A model generated the notes under the pieces. The model did not search any database, was not told the origin of the DNA, and saw only the letters and a program-made list of their open reading frames with translations. From the NCBI GenBank assembly GCA_014251975.1, contig CP059204.1, positions 30,001 to 62,000 on the forward strand: a stretch of DNA of 32,000 nt. Direction: 5' to 3'. How positions within the stretch are numbered: the first letter of the stretch is position 1; each line of letters begins with the position of its first letter. Shown one piece after another: positions 18,614 to 27,441 of this stretch. Made by a program: the position numbers and the translations under genes. The DNA comes from Blattabacterium cuenoti. Lineage in GTDB: Bacteria; Bacteroidota; Bacteroidia; Flavobacteriales; Blattabacteriaceae.

Positions 18614-18722
18614 TATATAGTTAAAAATTTATTATAATGAGAAATTTACAATTTTTTTTTTCAAAAAATGAGATTTTTTTCTTTTATTTTGTTTTTTATG
18701 AAATTTATGAAATTTATTAAAT

Positions 18723-20018
18723 ATGAAAAAATTTTTGTTTTTCATTATTATTTTTTTCTTGTTTAATACTACTACTAAAGTTAGTGCAATAGGAAATCCT
18801 GAAATTGGTAAAGACCTATTTAAAAAAAATTGTACTGCATGTCATTCAATCGATTTAAAAAAAAAAATGATAGGACCACCTTTATCAGGTATAATGGAAA
18901 AAAGAAAAAGTGATTGGTTACATAAATGGATAAGAGACAATAAATCTTTAAGAAATAGTGGAGATAAAGATGCTATTGCTATATATAAAGAATATGGCAA
19001 TATAGAAATGAATAGTTTTATTAATTTAACAGAAACACAAATTGACGATATACTTTCTTTTATTAAAGAAAATCCAAAAGAAAAAAAAACAAATAATGAT
19101 ATTAATTCAAAAGTAGTAGAAGAAGTAACAGAAAAACAAAAATTTTTAATAAAAATATTAATTTTTTTTCTTTTAATAATTTCTATTATATTAATTTTTA
19201 TTTTGTATAGAATGTTTGTATTATCAACATTATTAAGTGGAAATAATACAAATATAGTTTTTCACAAAATTGATTTTATAATTAAATTCTTATACAATAC
19301 TTTAGTAAATAAAAATACAAAAAATTGGTATATTATTTTCTCTGTAATATCTATTTTATTAATATTTAATATTTATTTTATTTGGATATTTTTAATGAAA
19401 ATAGATGTTAATAAAGGGTATCAACCAATACAACCTATTTATTTTTCTCATAAAATTCATTCAGGTATAAATCAAATAGATTGTCAATATTGTCATTCCA
19501 GTGCTAAATATAGTAAAGTATCTGGTATACCATCTTTAAACGTTTGTATGAATTGTCATATAACTATTGATGAATATAAAGGAGATTATATAGAAAAAGG
19601 TAAAACAAGAAATGAATATAATCAAGAAATAAAAAAAATATATTATGCAATAGGATGGGATCCCATAAAAAGAAAATATAATAAAAAAGTAAATCCTATA
19701 AAATGGGTTAGAATACATAATATGCCGGATTTTGTTTATTTTGATCATTCTCAACATATAATAACTGGTGGAAATATTATAAAGAATAAAAAACAAGTTG
19801 ATTTAGTATGCAATGCTTGTCACGGAGATGTAAAAAACATGGATCAAATATATATGAAAAATGATTTTACAATGGAATGGTGCATATCTTGTCATAAAAC
19901 TATAGAAAATGACATTAATAATAGATATTATAAAGAATATTATAATAAAAAAAATATTAATAAAAAGAATACAATAGATATGATAGGTGCGACAGAATGC
20001 GCTAAATGTCATTATTAA
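18723..20018 (+). CDS. actA: Alternative complex III subunit ActA, multiheme cytochrome c with an extra N-terminal monoheme domain (six CxxCH motifs)
   Basis: 431 aa. Signal peptide MKKFLFFIIIFFLFNTTTKVSA. CxxCH motifs: CTACH, CQYCH, CMNCH, CNACH, CISCH, CAKCH. Two hydrophobic helices (FLIKILIFFLLIISIILIFILY and WYIIFSVISILLIFNIYFIWIFLM) separate the first heme motif from the other five. First gene of the act cluster. Confidence 0.85.
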   Translation: MKKFLFFIIIFFLFNTTTKVSAIGNPEIGKDLFKKNCTACHSIDLKKKMIGPPLSGIMEKRKSDWLHKWIRDNKSLRNSGDKDAIAIYKEYGNIEMNSFINLTETQIDDILSFIKENPKEKKTNNDINSKVVEEVTEKQKFLIKILIFFLLIISIILIFILYRMFVLSTLLSGNNTNIVFHKIDFIIKFLYNTLVNKNTKNWYIIFSVISILLIFNIYFIWIFLMKIDVNKGYQPIQPIYFSHKIHSGINQIDCQYCHSSAKYSKVSGIPSLNVCMNCHITIDEYKGDYIEKGKTRNEYNQEIKKIYYAIGWDPIKRKYNKKVNPIKWVRIHNMPDFVYFDHSQHIITGGNIIKNKKQVDLVCNACHGDVKNMDQIYMKNDFTMEWCISCHKTIENDINNRYYKEYYNKKNINKKNTIDMIGATECAKCHY

Positions 20019-20056
20019 TTAGTAAAAATATTATGTAGCTGTTAAACGTAACTATT

Positions 20057-22990
20057 ATGACAAAACGTAACAATAAATCAGAAACTGATTTTTTTAGCGA
20101 AAAAAGTACTAGAAGAGATTTTTTAAAATGGATTGGATTTGGTACAGCATCAGTAGCATTAGCTGCTTGCAAAGGTCCAGTAATAAAATCTATACCTTAT
20201 GTTGTTAAACCTGAAGAAATAACACCAGGGGTACCGACTTATTATTCATCTACAATGATAGATTCTTTCGATATTGGATCTGTTTTAGTAAAAACTAGAG
20301 AGGGCAGACCAATAAAAATAGAACCAAATAATAAATCAAAATATTTTAATACAACTTCAGTTAGAATACAATCTTCCTTATTATCTTTATATGATGAAAA
20401 AAGGTTAAAATATCCTTATTTTAAACATGATCCTATATCTTGGAGTAAAGTAGATAATTATGTTATTAATATTTTAAAAAAAATAAAAAAACAAAATAAA
20501 AAAATTTTTATATTATCTCATTCTTTACCATGTTTTTCAACAAAAAAGTTAATAGAAGATTTTAAAAAACATTATAATGCAGAATGGATTGTATATGATC
20601 CTATTTCTTATTCTAAACCATTAGATGCTTCAGAAAAAATTTTAGGTATAAGAGGATTCCCGTTATTTGATTTAAATAAAATAGAATTAATAATTTCTTT
20701 TGATGCAGATTTTTTAGGTGATTGGTCCCCAGAAAATATGAGTAAATACTATGTAAGGAATAAATATCCTAATAAATCAATGATACAACATATTCAAATA
20801 GAAAGCAATATGTCAATAACTGGAGCAAACGCTGATATAAGAATATCTAAAAAACCTACTTATATAAAAAAAATGTTATTTGAAATATATAATTCTTTAT
20901 TTTTTGATATAATATCAAAAAATAAAGATATACGTAAAATAATATCTATAATTAAAGAAAAAGGAGAAAAATGTGTAGTTATCGCTGATGGTGATAAAGA
21001 ATTATATGAAATAGCACTATTAATTAATAAAAAAATTAATAGTATAGCTTTAAAAAATAATAAATTTATAATATCAAAAGAAAGCAATGATATAAAATTC
21101 AGTAAATTTTTAAATGAATTACAAGATAATATTAAAACTAATAATATTGGAGCTTTATTTATATATAATATAAATCCAATTTACTCTTTACCATATCCAA
21201 TATGTGATAAAATAATAGATTGGATAAAAAAAATTCCATTAAAAATTTCATTTACAATAAAAAAAAATGAAACTGATAAAATAATGGATATATTAATACC
21301 AATACCACATTGGTTAGAATCTTGGGGTGATGTAAATCCAGTTATTAACTATCATACTCTTATTCAGCCAACTATTCAAAAAATATTTAATACAAGACAA
21401 TTTCAAGACTCTATAATTATTTGGAGTAAAATGAAAGAAAAAAATTTTTATGAATATTTAAAAAAAACCTGGGAAAAATATATTATACCTTTTTCTAATT
21501 TAGATTCTTTTAATGAAGCTTTATACCATGGTTTTTTAGAAACTAAAAAAAAATATAATATTAATAAAAATAATAATAAAAAATATAAATTTTTATTAAA
21601 TAATTTTAAAAAAAATAAAGATAACTTTGAGATTAGATTATATACAAAAATAGGTATGGGTGATGGATCTCAACATAATAATCCTTGGTTACAAGAATTT
21701 CCAGATCCAATTACAAGAACAACATGGGATAATTATGTTACTATTTCAAATTATGATGCAAAAAAATTAAATATAAAAAATTGGGCAAATTGCAACGGAT
21801 CGTTAAATGGTAATTGTGTTAATATAATAAAAGATAATAAAATTATAATAAGTGATATCCCAACATTTATACAACCTGGACAAGCTATAGGATCTATTGG
21901 GTTATCTTTTGGATATGGACAAAAAACAGGAAAATTATCAAATGGTAAAAATGGATATAAAATTTATGATAAATTTAATATTATAATAGATAATATTAAA
22001 CTTAAAAAAACAAATAAAATTCATACATTCGCCAGTGTACAATTACAAGATTCAACTGTAGGTAGAGATTTAGTTAGAGAAACTAATTTAAATACTTATA
22101 TGAAATTCCCTAATAGTATATGGAATAAAGATGAAAAATATTCTATATACAAAAATAAATTTATACCAATAAAAAAACTTTCTATATGGGGGGATAAAGA
22201 ATATAATAAAGAAGGTCATCATTTTAATTTATCTATAGATTTAAATTCTTGTATTGGATGTGGATCATGTATTATAGCATGCAATTCAGAAAACAATATA
22301 CCTGTTGTAGGAAAAGAAGAAATAATAAAATCTAGAGATATGCATTGGTTAAGAGTAGATAGATATTATTTTAAAAGAAAAAAAAATAATGATATTAATA
22401 ATTATGATGACTTTAATGCAAAAAAAATATTAAATCCTAAAGTATCTTTTCAACCTGTTATGTGTCAACATTGCGAAAATGCACCATGCGAAACAGTATG
22501 TCCAGTAGGAGCTACTATACATGGATCACAAGGACAAAATATGATGGTATATAACAGATGTGTAGGTACTCGTTATTGCGCAAATAATTGTCCTTATAAA
22601 ATACGACGTTTTAATTGGTTTAATTATTCTAATAACCCCAAATTTGATTTTAATATGAATAATACAATAGGTAAAATGGTAATTAATCCAGATGTTGTAG
22701 TAAGAACTAGAGGTGTTATGGAAAAATGTTCTTTATGCATACAAAAAACTCAATATACAATAGGAAAAGCAAAAAAAGAAAATAGAAGTGTAAAAGATAA
22801 AGAGTTTGAAACAGCTTGTAGTATATCATGCCCAACTAAGGCAATATCTTTTGGAGACATTAATAATAAAAATAGTGAAATATATAAAAAAATAAAAGAC
22901 TCTAGATCTTATAAATTATTGGATTTTATAGGAATAAATCCAAATGTTAGTTATTTATTAAAAATAAGAAATAATAATATTAAAAAATGA
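20057..22990 (+). CDS. actB: Alternative complex III subunit ActB (molybdopterin-oxidoreductase-like domain fused to an Fe-S ferredoxin-like domain)
   Basis: 977 aa. Twin-arginine motif STRRDFLK. Cys clusters: CIGCGSCIIACNSEN, CQHCENAPCETVCP, CVGTRYCANNCP (second Cys replaced by Thr, as expected for a 3Fe-4S site), and CSLCIQK...CSISCP. TGA stop followed at once by TAA. Confidence 0.92.
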   Translation: MTKRNNKSETDFFSEKSTRRDFLKWIGFGTASVALAACKGPVIKSIPYVVKPEEITPGVPTYYSSTMIDSFDIGSVLVKTREGRPIKIEPNNKSKYFNTTSVRIQSSLLSLYDEKRLKYPYFKHDPISWSKVDNYVINILKKIKKQNKKIFILSHSLPCFSTKKLIEDFKKHYNAEWIVYDPISYSKPLDASEKILGIRGFPLFDLNKIELIISFDADFLGDWSPENMSKYYVRNKYPNKSMIQHIQIESNMSITGANADIRISKKPTYIKKMLFEIYNSLFFDIISKNKDIRKIISIIKEKGEKCVVIADGDKELYEIALLINKKINSIALKNNKFIISKESNDIKFSKFLNELQDNIKTNNIGALFIYNINPIYSLPYPICDKIIDWIKKIPLKISFTIKKNETDKIMDILIPIPHWLESWGDVNPVINYHTLIQPTIQKIFNTRQFQDSIIIWSKMKEKNFYEYLKKTWEKYIIPFSNLDSFNEALYHGFLETKKKYNINKNNNKKYKFLLNNFKKNKDNFEIRLYTKIGMGDGSQHNNPWLQEFPDPITRTTWDNYVTISNYDAKKLNIKNWANCNGSLNGNCVNIIKDNKIIISDIPTFIQPGQAIGSIGLSFGYGQKTGKLSNGKNGYKIYDKFNIIIDNIKLKKTNKIHTFASVQLQDSTVGRDLVRETNLNTYMKFPNSIWNKDEKYSIYKNKFIPIKKLSIWGDKEYNKEGHHFNLSIDLNSCIGCGSCIIACNSENNIPVVGKEEIIKSRDMHWLRVDRYYFKRKKNNDINNYDDFNAKKILNPKVSFQPVMCQHCENAPCETVCPVGATIHGSQGQNMMVYNRCVGTRYCANNCPYKIRRFNWFNYSNNPKFDFNMNNTIGKMVINPDVVVRTRGVMEKCSLCIQKTQYTIGKAKKENRSVKDKEFETACSISCPTKAISFGDINNKNSEIYKKIKDSRSYKLLDFIGINPNVSYLLKIRNNNIKK
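20105..20170 (+). other. Tat-type signal motif plus lipobox-like cysteine at the ActB N-terminus
   Basis: Residues 17-38 are STRRDFLKWIGFGTASVALAAC. This is a canonical S/T-R-R-x-F-L-K motif, a hydrophobic stretch, and then LAAC. Confidence 0.7.
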
Positions 22991-22999
22991 TAATTAATT

Positions 23000-24358
23000 A
23001 TGTCAGATAATTATGAATCCTCTATAAGAGAAACATTAATATTAGGCAATAAAAATATAAAAAATATAACAAATGATATTTTAAAGCCAATTGAAAATAA
23101 ACCTGGGAAACTATGGTGGATATCTATTATTATTTCTTTATTAGCATTTATATGGGGATCTATATGTATTTTATACACTATATTTACTGGAATTGGTGTA
23201 TGGGGATTAAATAAAACAATAAATTGGGCATGGGATATAACTAATTTTGTTTGGTGGGTAGGTATAGGACACGCTGGAACTTTAATTTCTGCTGTATTAT
23301 TATTATTTCGTCAAAAATGGCGTTTATCTATTAATCGTTCAGCAGAAGCAATGACTATTTTTGCAGTAATACAAGCTGGATTATATCCTATTATACATAT
23401 GGGTAGACCCTGGAATGCTTATTGGGTATTACCAATACCAAACCAATTCGGATCTATATGGCCTAATTTTAATTCTCCTTTATTATGGGATGTTTTTGCT
23501 ATTAGCACTTATTTTTCTGTATCAACTGTTTTTTGGTTTATGGGATTAATACCAGATTTCGCAATGATAAGAGATAAAATAAAAGATAAGTTTCAAAAAA
23601 AGATATACAGTATACTTAGTTTTGGATGGGGAGGAACTACTAAAGAATGGCAAAAATTTGAAGAAATATCATTGATTCTATCAGGATTATGTACCCCATT
23701 AGTATTTTCAGTACATACTATAGTATCATTTGATTTTGCTACTTCTGTTATAAGAGGATGGCATAGTACTATTTTCCCACCTTATTTTGTTGCAGGTGCT
23801 ATATTTTCAGGATTTGCTATGGTGCAAACATTATTAGGAGTTGTGAGAAAAGTATTATCATTAGAAAACTACATAACTAGAAATCATATTGAATATATGA
23901 ATATGATTATTTTATTAACATGTGGTATTGTATCATTAGCGTATATTACTGAATATATTTTAGCTTGGTATTCTGGTAATTTATTTGAAAAATTCATTTA
24001 TTTTTCAAATAAAGCGGCTACTGGTCCATTTTGGTGGGCATTTTGGGCACTAATAATATGTAACGTAATAATACCGCAATTTTTATGGATAAAATATATA
24101 AGAAGAAGTTTTTTTTGGTCATACATAATATCAATAATTATAAATATAGGAATGTGGTTTGAAAGATTTGATATTATTGTTTTAAATTTAAGTCACGATT
24201 ATCTTCCTTCTTCTTGGACAGGATTTACTCCCACTTTTGTAGATGTAGGTATTTTTATAGGTACAATAGGTTTATTTTTTACACTTTATTTAGTTTATAT
24301 CCGAGTTTTCCCAGTTATATCTCAATCAGAATTAAAAACAATTTTAAAAAAAAATTAA
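23000..24358 (+). CDS. actC: Alternative complex III subunit ActC (NrfD/PsrC-like quinol-interacting membrane subunit)
   Basis: 452-aa polytopic membrane protein. NrfD-like blocks: WAWDITNFVWWVGIGHAGTLISA, GRPWNAYW, FPPYFVAGAIFSGFAMV. It sits directly after actB. Confidence 0.9.
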   Translation: MSDNYESSIRETLILGNKNIKNITNDILKPIENKPGKLWWISIIISLLAFIWGSICILYTIFTGIGVWGLNKTINWAWDITNFVWWVGIGHAGTLISAVLLLFRQKWRLSINRSAEAMTIFAVIQAGLYPIIHMGRPWNAYWVLPIPNQFGSIWPNFNSPLLWDVFAISTYFSVSTVFWFMGLIPDFAMIRDKIKDKFQKKIYSILSFGWGGTTKEWQKFEEISLILSGLCTPLVFSVHTIVSFDFATSVIRGWHSTIFPPYFVAGAIFSGFAMVQTLLGVVRKVLSLENYITRNHIEYMNMIILLTCGIVSLAYITEYILAWYSGNLFEKFIYFSNKAATGPFWWAFWALIICNVIIPQFLWIKYIRRSFFWSYIISIIINIGMWFERFDIIVLNLSHDYLPSSWTGFTPTFVDVGIFIGTIGLFFTLYLVYIRVFPVISQSELKTILKKN

Positions 24359-24365
24359 TTAATTA

Positions 24366-24902
24366 ATGAATAATAAAAAATATATTTTACATGTATTATA
24401 TGATAATGAAATTTTATTAAAAAATAGTATAAAAAAAATTTTAAAAATTTATAATAAAAATATTATAAATGAAATATATTCACCATATCCAATACACGGA
24501 TTAGAAAAATTATTGAAATTAAAAAAAAGTAATTTATCATTTTTATCATTTATATATGGGATTATAGGATTTTTAATATCAAATATAATAATATGGTATA
24601 TTATGATTTTTGATTGGCCACAAAACATTGGTGGTAAACCATCTTTTTCTTGGATAAAAAATTATCCTTCTTTTATTCCTGTTATATTTGAATTAACTAT
24701 TTTTTTTTCTGCACATATTATGTGTATTACTTACTTAATTCAATGTAATTTATTTCCTGGATTTAAAAAAAAAAATCCAGATAGTAGAACTACTGATGAT
24801 ATGTTTTTAATAGAAATTTTAAATACAAATAATATTGAAAATTTAACTGATTTTTTTAATAAAAATGGCGCAATAGAAATACATAATAAAATTAAGAAAT
24901 AA
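24366..24902 (+). CDS. actD: Alternative complex III subunit ActD (DUF3341-like)
   Basis: 178 aa. N-terminal soluble part ILHVLYDNEILLKNSIKKI...IYSPYPIHGLEKLL is followed by two TM helices. The assignment also rests on operon position. Confidence 0.8.
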   Translation: MNNKKYILHVLYDNEILLKNSIKKILKIYNKNIINEIYSPYPIHGLEKLLKLKKSNLSFLSFIYGIIGFLISNIIIWYIMIFDWPQNIGGKPSFSWIKNYPSFIPVIFELTIFFSAHIMCITYLIQCNLFPGFKKKNPDSRTTDDMFLIEILNTNNIENLTDFFNKNGAIEIHNKIKK

Positions 24903-24913
24903 AATCATATAAA

Positions 24914-25546
24914 ATGATATATGAAAAATTTTTATGTTTTATAATTTTTTTATTATTAATAACTTTTAGTTCTTGTAGTATAAATAATAAAAGACAAACT
25001 CCTAATATAGTTTATATGCCTGATATGTATTATTCAGATGCATATGAACCATATTCTGAAGTTTCTCCTAATTATAAAGAATATAAAAAAATTAAAAATA
25101 ATATTTTTAAAAAAAATAGTTCTTCTTCTATTTTGCCAGTTGAAGGAACTGTACCTAAAACTGATTTTTATGATTCAATTTCTTATGAAATAAAAGATAA
25201 AGGATTTAATTTTTCAAAAAAAATTAAAATATCTCCTATAAGAAAAATAGAATCAATTACAGAAATTATAAATAGTGGAAAGCAATTATATAATATAAAT
25301 TGTTCTATATGTCATGGAGAAAATGGAGATGGACAAGGATTTTTAGTAAAAAATGAAAAAATATTAGGAGTGCCATCATATAAAGATAGATCTTTATCTA
25401 TAGGTAGCATTTATTATGTTATAACATATGGGAAAAATAATATGGCATCTTACTCTTCTCAATTAAATAAAACAGATAGATGGAAAATATCAGAATATGT
25501 AATGTATATAAAAAATAATAAAAATGTATATTCTAACAAAAACTAA
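24914..25546 (+). CDS. actE: Alternative complex III subunit ActE (monoheme cytochrome c, lipoprotein-like)
   Basis: 210 aa. Signal plus lipobox-like LLLITFSSC. A single heme motif in YNINCSICHGENGDGQG. Candidate axial Met in GKNNMASY. Confidence 0.82.
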   Translation: MIYEKFLCFIIFLLLITFSSCSINNKRQTPNIVYMPDMYYSDAYEPYSEVSPNYKEYKKIKNNIFKKNSSSSILPVEGTVPKTDFYDSISYEIKDKGFNFSKKIKISPIRKIESITEIINSGKQLYNINCSICHGENGDGQGFLVKNEKILGVPSYKDRSLSIGSIYYVITYGKNNMASYSSQLNKTDRWKISEYVMYIKNNKNVYSNKN

Positions 25547-26735
25547 TAAGAAAATAATTATATCAATAATAATTTTTGGCATTATAATGTTTTTATGTGA
25601 ATTTATTTTACATTTTTTTACAAAAAATACGCAATTATTAAATAATTTTTTCATTAATTTATATATATCTACTATATTTTTTACTACTATATCAATGGGT
25701 ACATTATTATTTTTAGGAATTCAAAATGTATCTAAATCAGGTTGGTCAATAATTATTAACCCTATAATGGAAAAAATTTCTTCTTTTATACCATATGGGA
25801 GTGTAATAATTTTTTTAATTATATTATTAAATATAAATAATAGTTTACATATATTTAATTGGATGGATTATGACATATGTAATATAAAATCAAAAAAATA
25901 CGATGAAATAATATGCAATAAATATTTATTTTTAAATAAACCTTTTTTTTTAATTAGAAATATAATTTATTTGTTAGGATGTAATTATTTTTATATAAAA
26001 ATAAAAAAAAAATTAAGGATCTTAAATACATCTTTTTCAAAAAAAAAATATAACAATCTTAATTTAATATCTTTATTTTATATTATTTTTTTTTCTATTT
26101 CTTCTATATTAATGTCTTGGGATTGGATAATGTCTTTAAATCCCCATTGGGCTAGTACATTGTTTGGATGGTATTTTTTTAGTAGCTTTATGACATCTAG
26201 TATTAGTATGATAACAATATTTTCTATTTTTTTAAATAGAAAATATAATTTTTTTTTATTTAACAAAAGTCATTTACATGATTTAGGTACATATTTGTTT
26301 TCTAGTAGCTTATTATGGAGTTATTTTTGGTATTCTCAATTTTTACTTTATTGGTATGGGAATATACCAGAAGAAATTATATATTTTTTCAAAAGAGAAA
26401 AATTATATTATGGAATACATTTTTGGATACTTATACCTAATTTTATAATTCCTTTTTTATTTTTAATAAGTAGTAAAAACAAAACAAACTATAAAGTAGT
26501 TTTATTTGTTTCTTTTAATATATTAATTGGACACTATATAGATATTTATAATTTAATAGCTCCAGAATTAATTGAAAAATTAACATTTGATTTGTATCAA
26601 GTAAGTCCTATATGTTTAATAGGTGGTTTATTTTTTTATATATTATTACATAATTTTAATAATAAAAAAATAAATAATACTACTAATCATCCGTTTTTTA
26701 AAGAAAGTAAAAATTATAATAATACAAATCTGTAA
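25524..26735 (+). CDS. actF: Alternative complex III subunit ActF (second NrfD-like membrane subunit)
   Basis: 403-aa polytopic membrane protein that closes the act cluster. No cofactor motifs. The assignment rests on operon position and TM-rich character. The start is uncertain: ATG 25524 overlaps actE by 23 nt. Confidence 0.72.
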   Translation: MYILTKTNKKIIISIIIFGIIMFLCEFILHFFTKNTQLLNNFFINLYISTIFFTTISMGTLLFLGIQNVSKSGWSIIINPIMEKISSFIPYGSVIIFLIILLNINNSLHIFNWMDYDICNIKSKKYDEIICNKYLFLNKPFFLIRNIIYLLGCNYFYIKIKKKLRILNTSFSKKKYNNLNLISLFYIIFFSISSILMSWDWIMSLNPHWASTLFGWYFFSSFMTSSISMITIFSIFLNRKYNFFLFNKSHLHDLGTYLFSSSLLWSYFWYSQFLLYWYGNIPEEIIYFFKREKLYYGIHFWILIPNFIIPFLFLISSKNKTNYKVVLFVSFNILIGHYIDIYNLIAPELIEKLTFDLYQVSPICLIGGLFFYILLHNFNNKKINNTTNHPFFKESKNYNNTNL

Positions 26736-26740
26736 AATAT

Positions 26741-27430
26741 TTATTTTTTTTTTTTAATAAAATTCATAATAGATTTATTAGTTCCAAAAATAGTAAGTAT
26801 ATCACCATATTTAAATTTTGTATCTCCTGTAACTAATCCAATTACTTTCCCTTTTTTTTTATTTATACAAAAATTAGAACTTAAATTATCTCTAATAATA
26901 GTAATTAGAGATACCGAATATTTTTGTTTTAATTGTAAATTTTTTACCGTTTTACCATTAAAAGAATTTGGAGAAAAAACTTCTGCTATAGAATATTTAT
27001 TATCTACTTTAAAATAATCTAATGCATAATTAAAAGATATTTGCTTAGTTAATCTAAATGCTGCATCCTTTTCTGGATGAATAATATCTTTAATACCCAT
27101 TGCTTCTAATATAGTATCATGTATTTTAGATAAAGATCTACTTATTATTTTTAGATGTTTAAAATTTTTTTTTAATATTGCAGTAGTTACTATAGATGAT
27201 CCTTCGTTTTCTCCTATTGCTACAATACCTAAATTAGCTTGATTAATTGGTATTGCTTTATAAGCAAATTCATTATTAGCATCCATACAAACAACATTAG
27301 AAATTTGATTTTTTAGTAAATCTACTTTTTCAATTTTACAATCAATACCGAATACCTCATGTCCATTCTTTGTTAAATTTAATGCTAAAGAACTACCAAA
27401 ATTTCCTAATCCAATAATTATAATTTTCAT
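26741..27430 (-). CDS. trkA: Potassium uptake system NAD-binding subunit (TrkA/KtrA type, single RCK_N plus RCK_C)
   Basis: 229 aa. Rossmann motif MKIIIIGLGNFGSSLA. C-terminal RCK_C-like part GKTVKNLQLKQKYSVSLITIIRD...GDILTIFG. Downstream of and co-oriented with trkH. Confidence 0.85.
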   Translation of the reverse strand: MKIIIIGLGNFGSSLALNLTKNGHEVFGIDCKIEKVDLLKNQISNVVCMDANNEFAYKAIPINQANLGIVAIGENEGSSIVTTAILKKNFKHLKIISRSLSKIHDTILEAMGIKDIIHPEKDAAFRLTKQISFNYALDYFKVDNKYSIAEVFSPNSFNGKTVKNLQLKQKYSVSLITIIRDNLSSNFCINKKKGKVIGLVTGDTKFKYGDILTIFGTNKSIMNFIKKKK

Positions 27431-27441
27431 TTGTTAATTTT

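Noticed and set aside
18698-18722. A tandem 9-bp repeat ATGAAATTT x2 with a degenerate third copy, just upstream of the actA start. It creates a possible 22-codon out-of-frame uORF (MKFMKFIKYEKIFVFHYYFFLV).
   Set aside because: It is only 18 bp of perfect repeat in very AT-rich DNA, so chance occurrence is plausible. There is no supporting conservation or structure. The uORF is a composition-typical artefact. It may be worth a look only if 5'-end mapping places it in the actA leader.
19536-20012. Two antisense ORFs (86 aa and 69 aa) inside actA.
   Set aside because: They are antisense to the heme-motif region and are hydrophobic low-complexity artefacts.
20860-21087. A 75-aa antisense ORF inside actB.
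   Set aside because: It is nested in a conserved CDS and has no motif.
22988-22993. Possible UGA-to-Trp recoding, which some tiny symbiont genomes use. actB ends in TGA and the esterase gene ends in TGA at 10128-10130.
   Set aside because: All conserved Trp positions I checked use TGG, for example in the WWD motif at 2429-2467. Every gene is full length under the standard code, whereas an AT-rich genome with UGA=Trp would show many in-frame TGA codons. The actB TGA is followed immediately by TAA.
26078-26266. A 62-aa antisense ORF inside actF.
   Set aside because: It is nested in a CDS and is a Lys/Ile-rich artefact.
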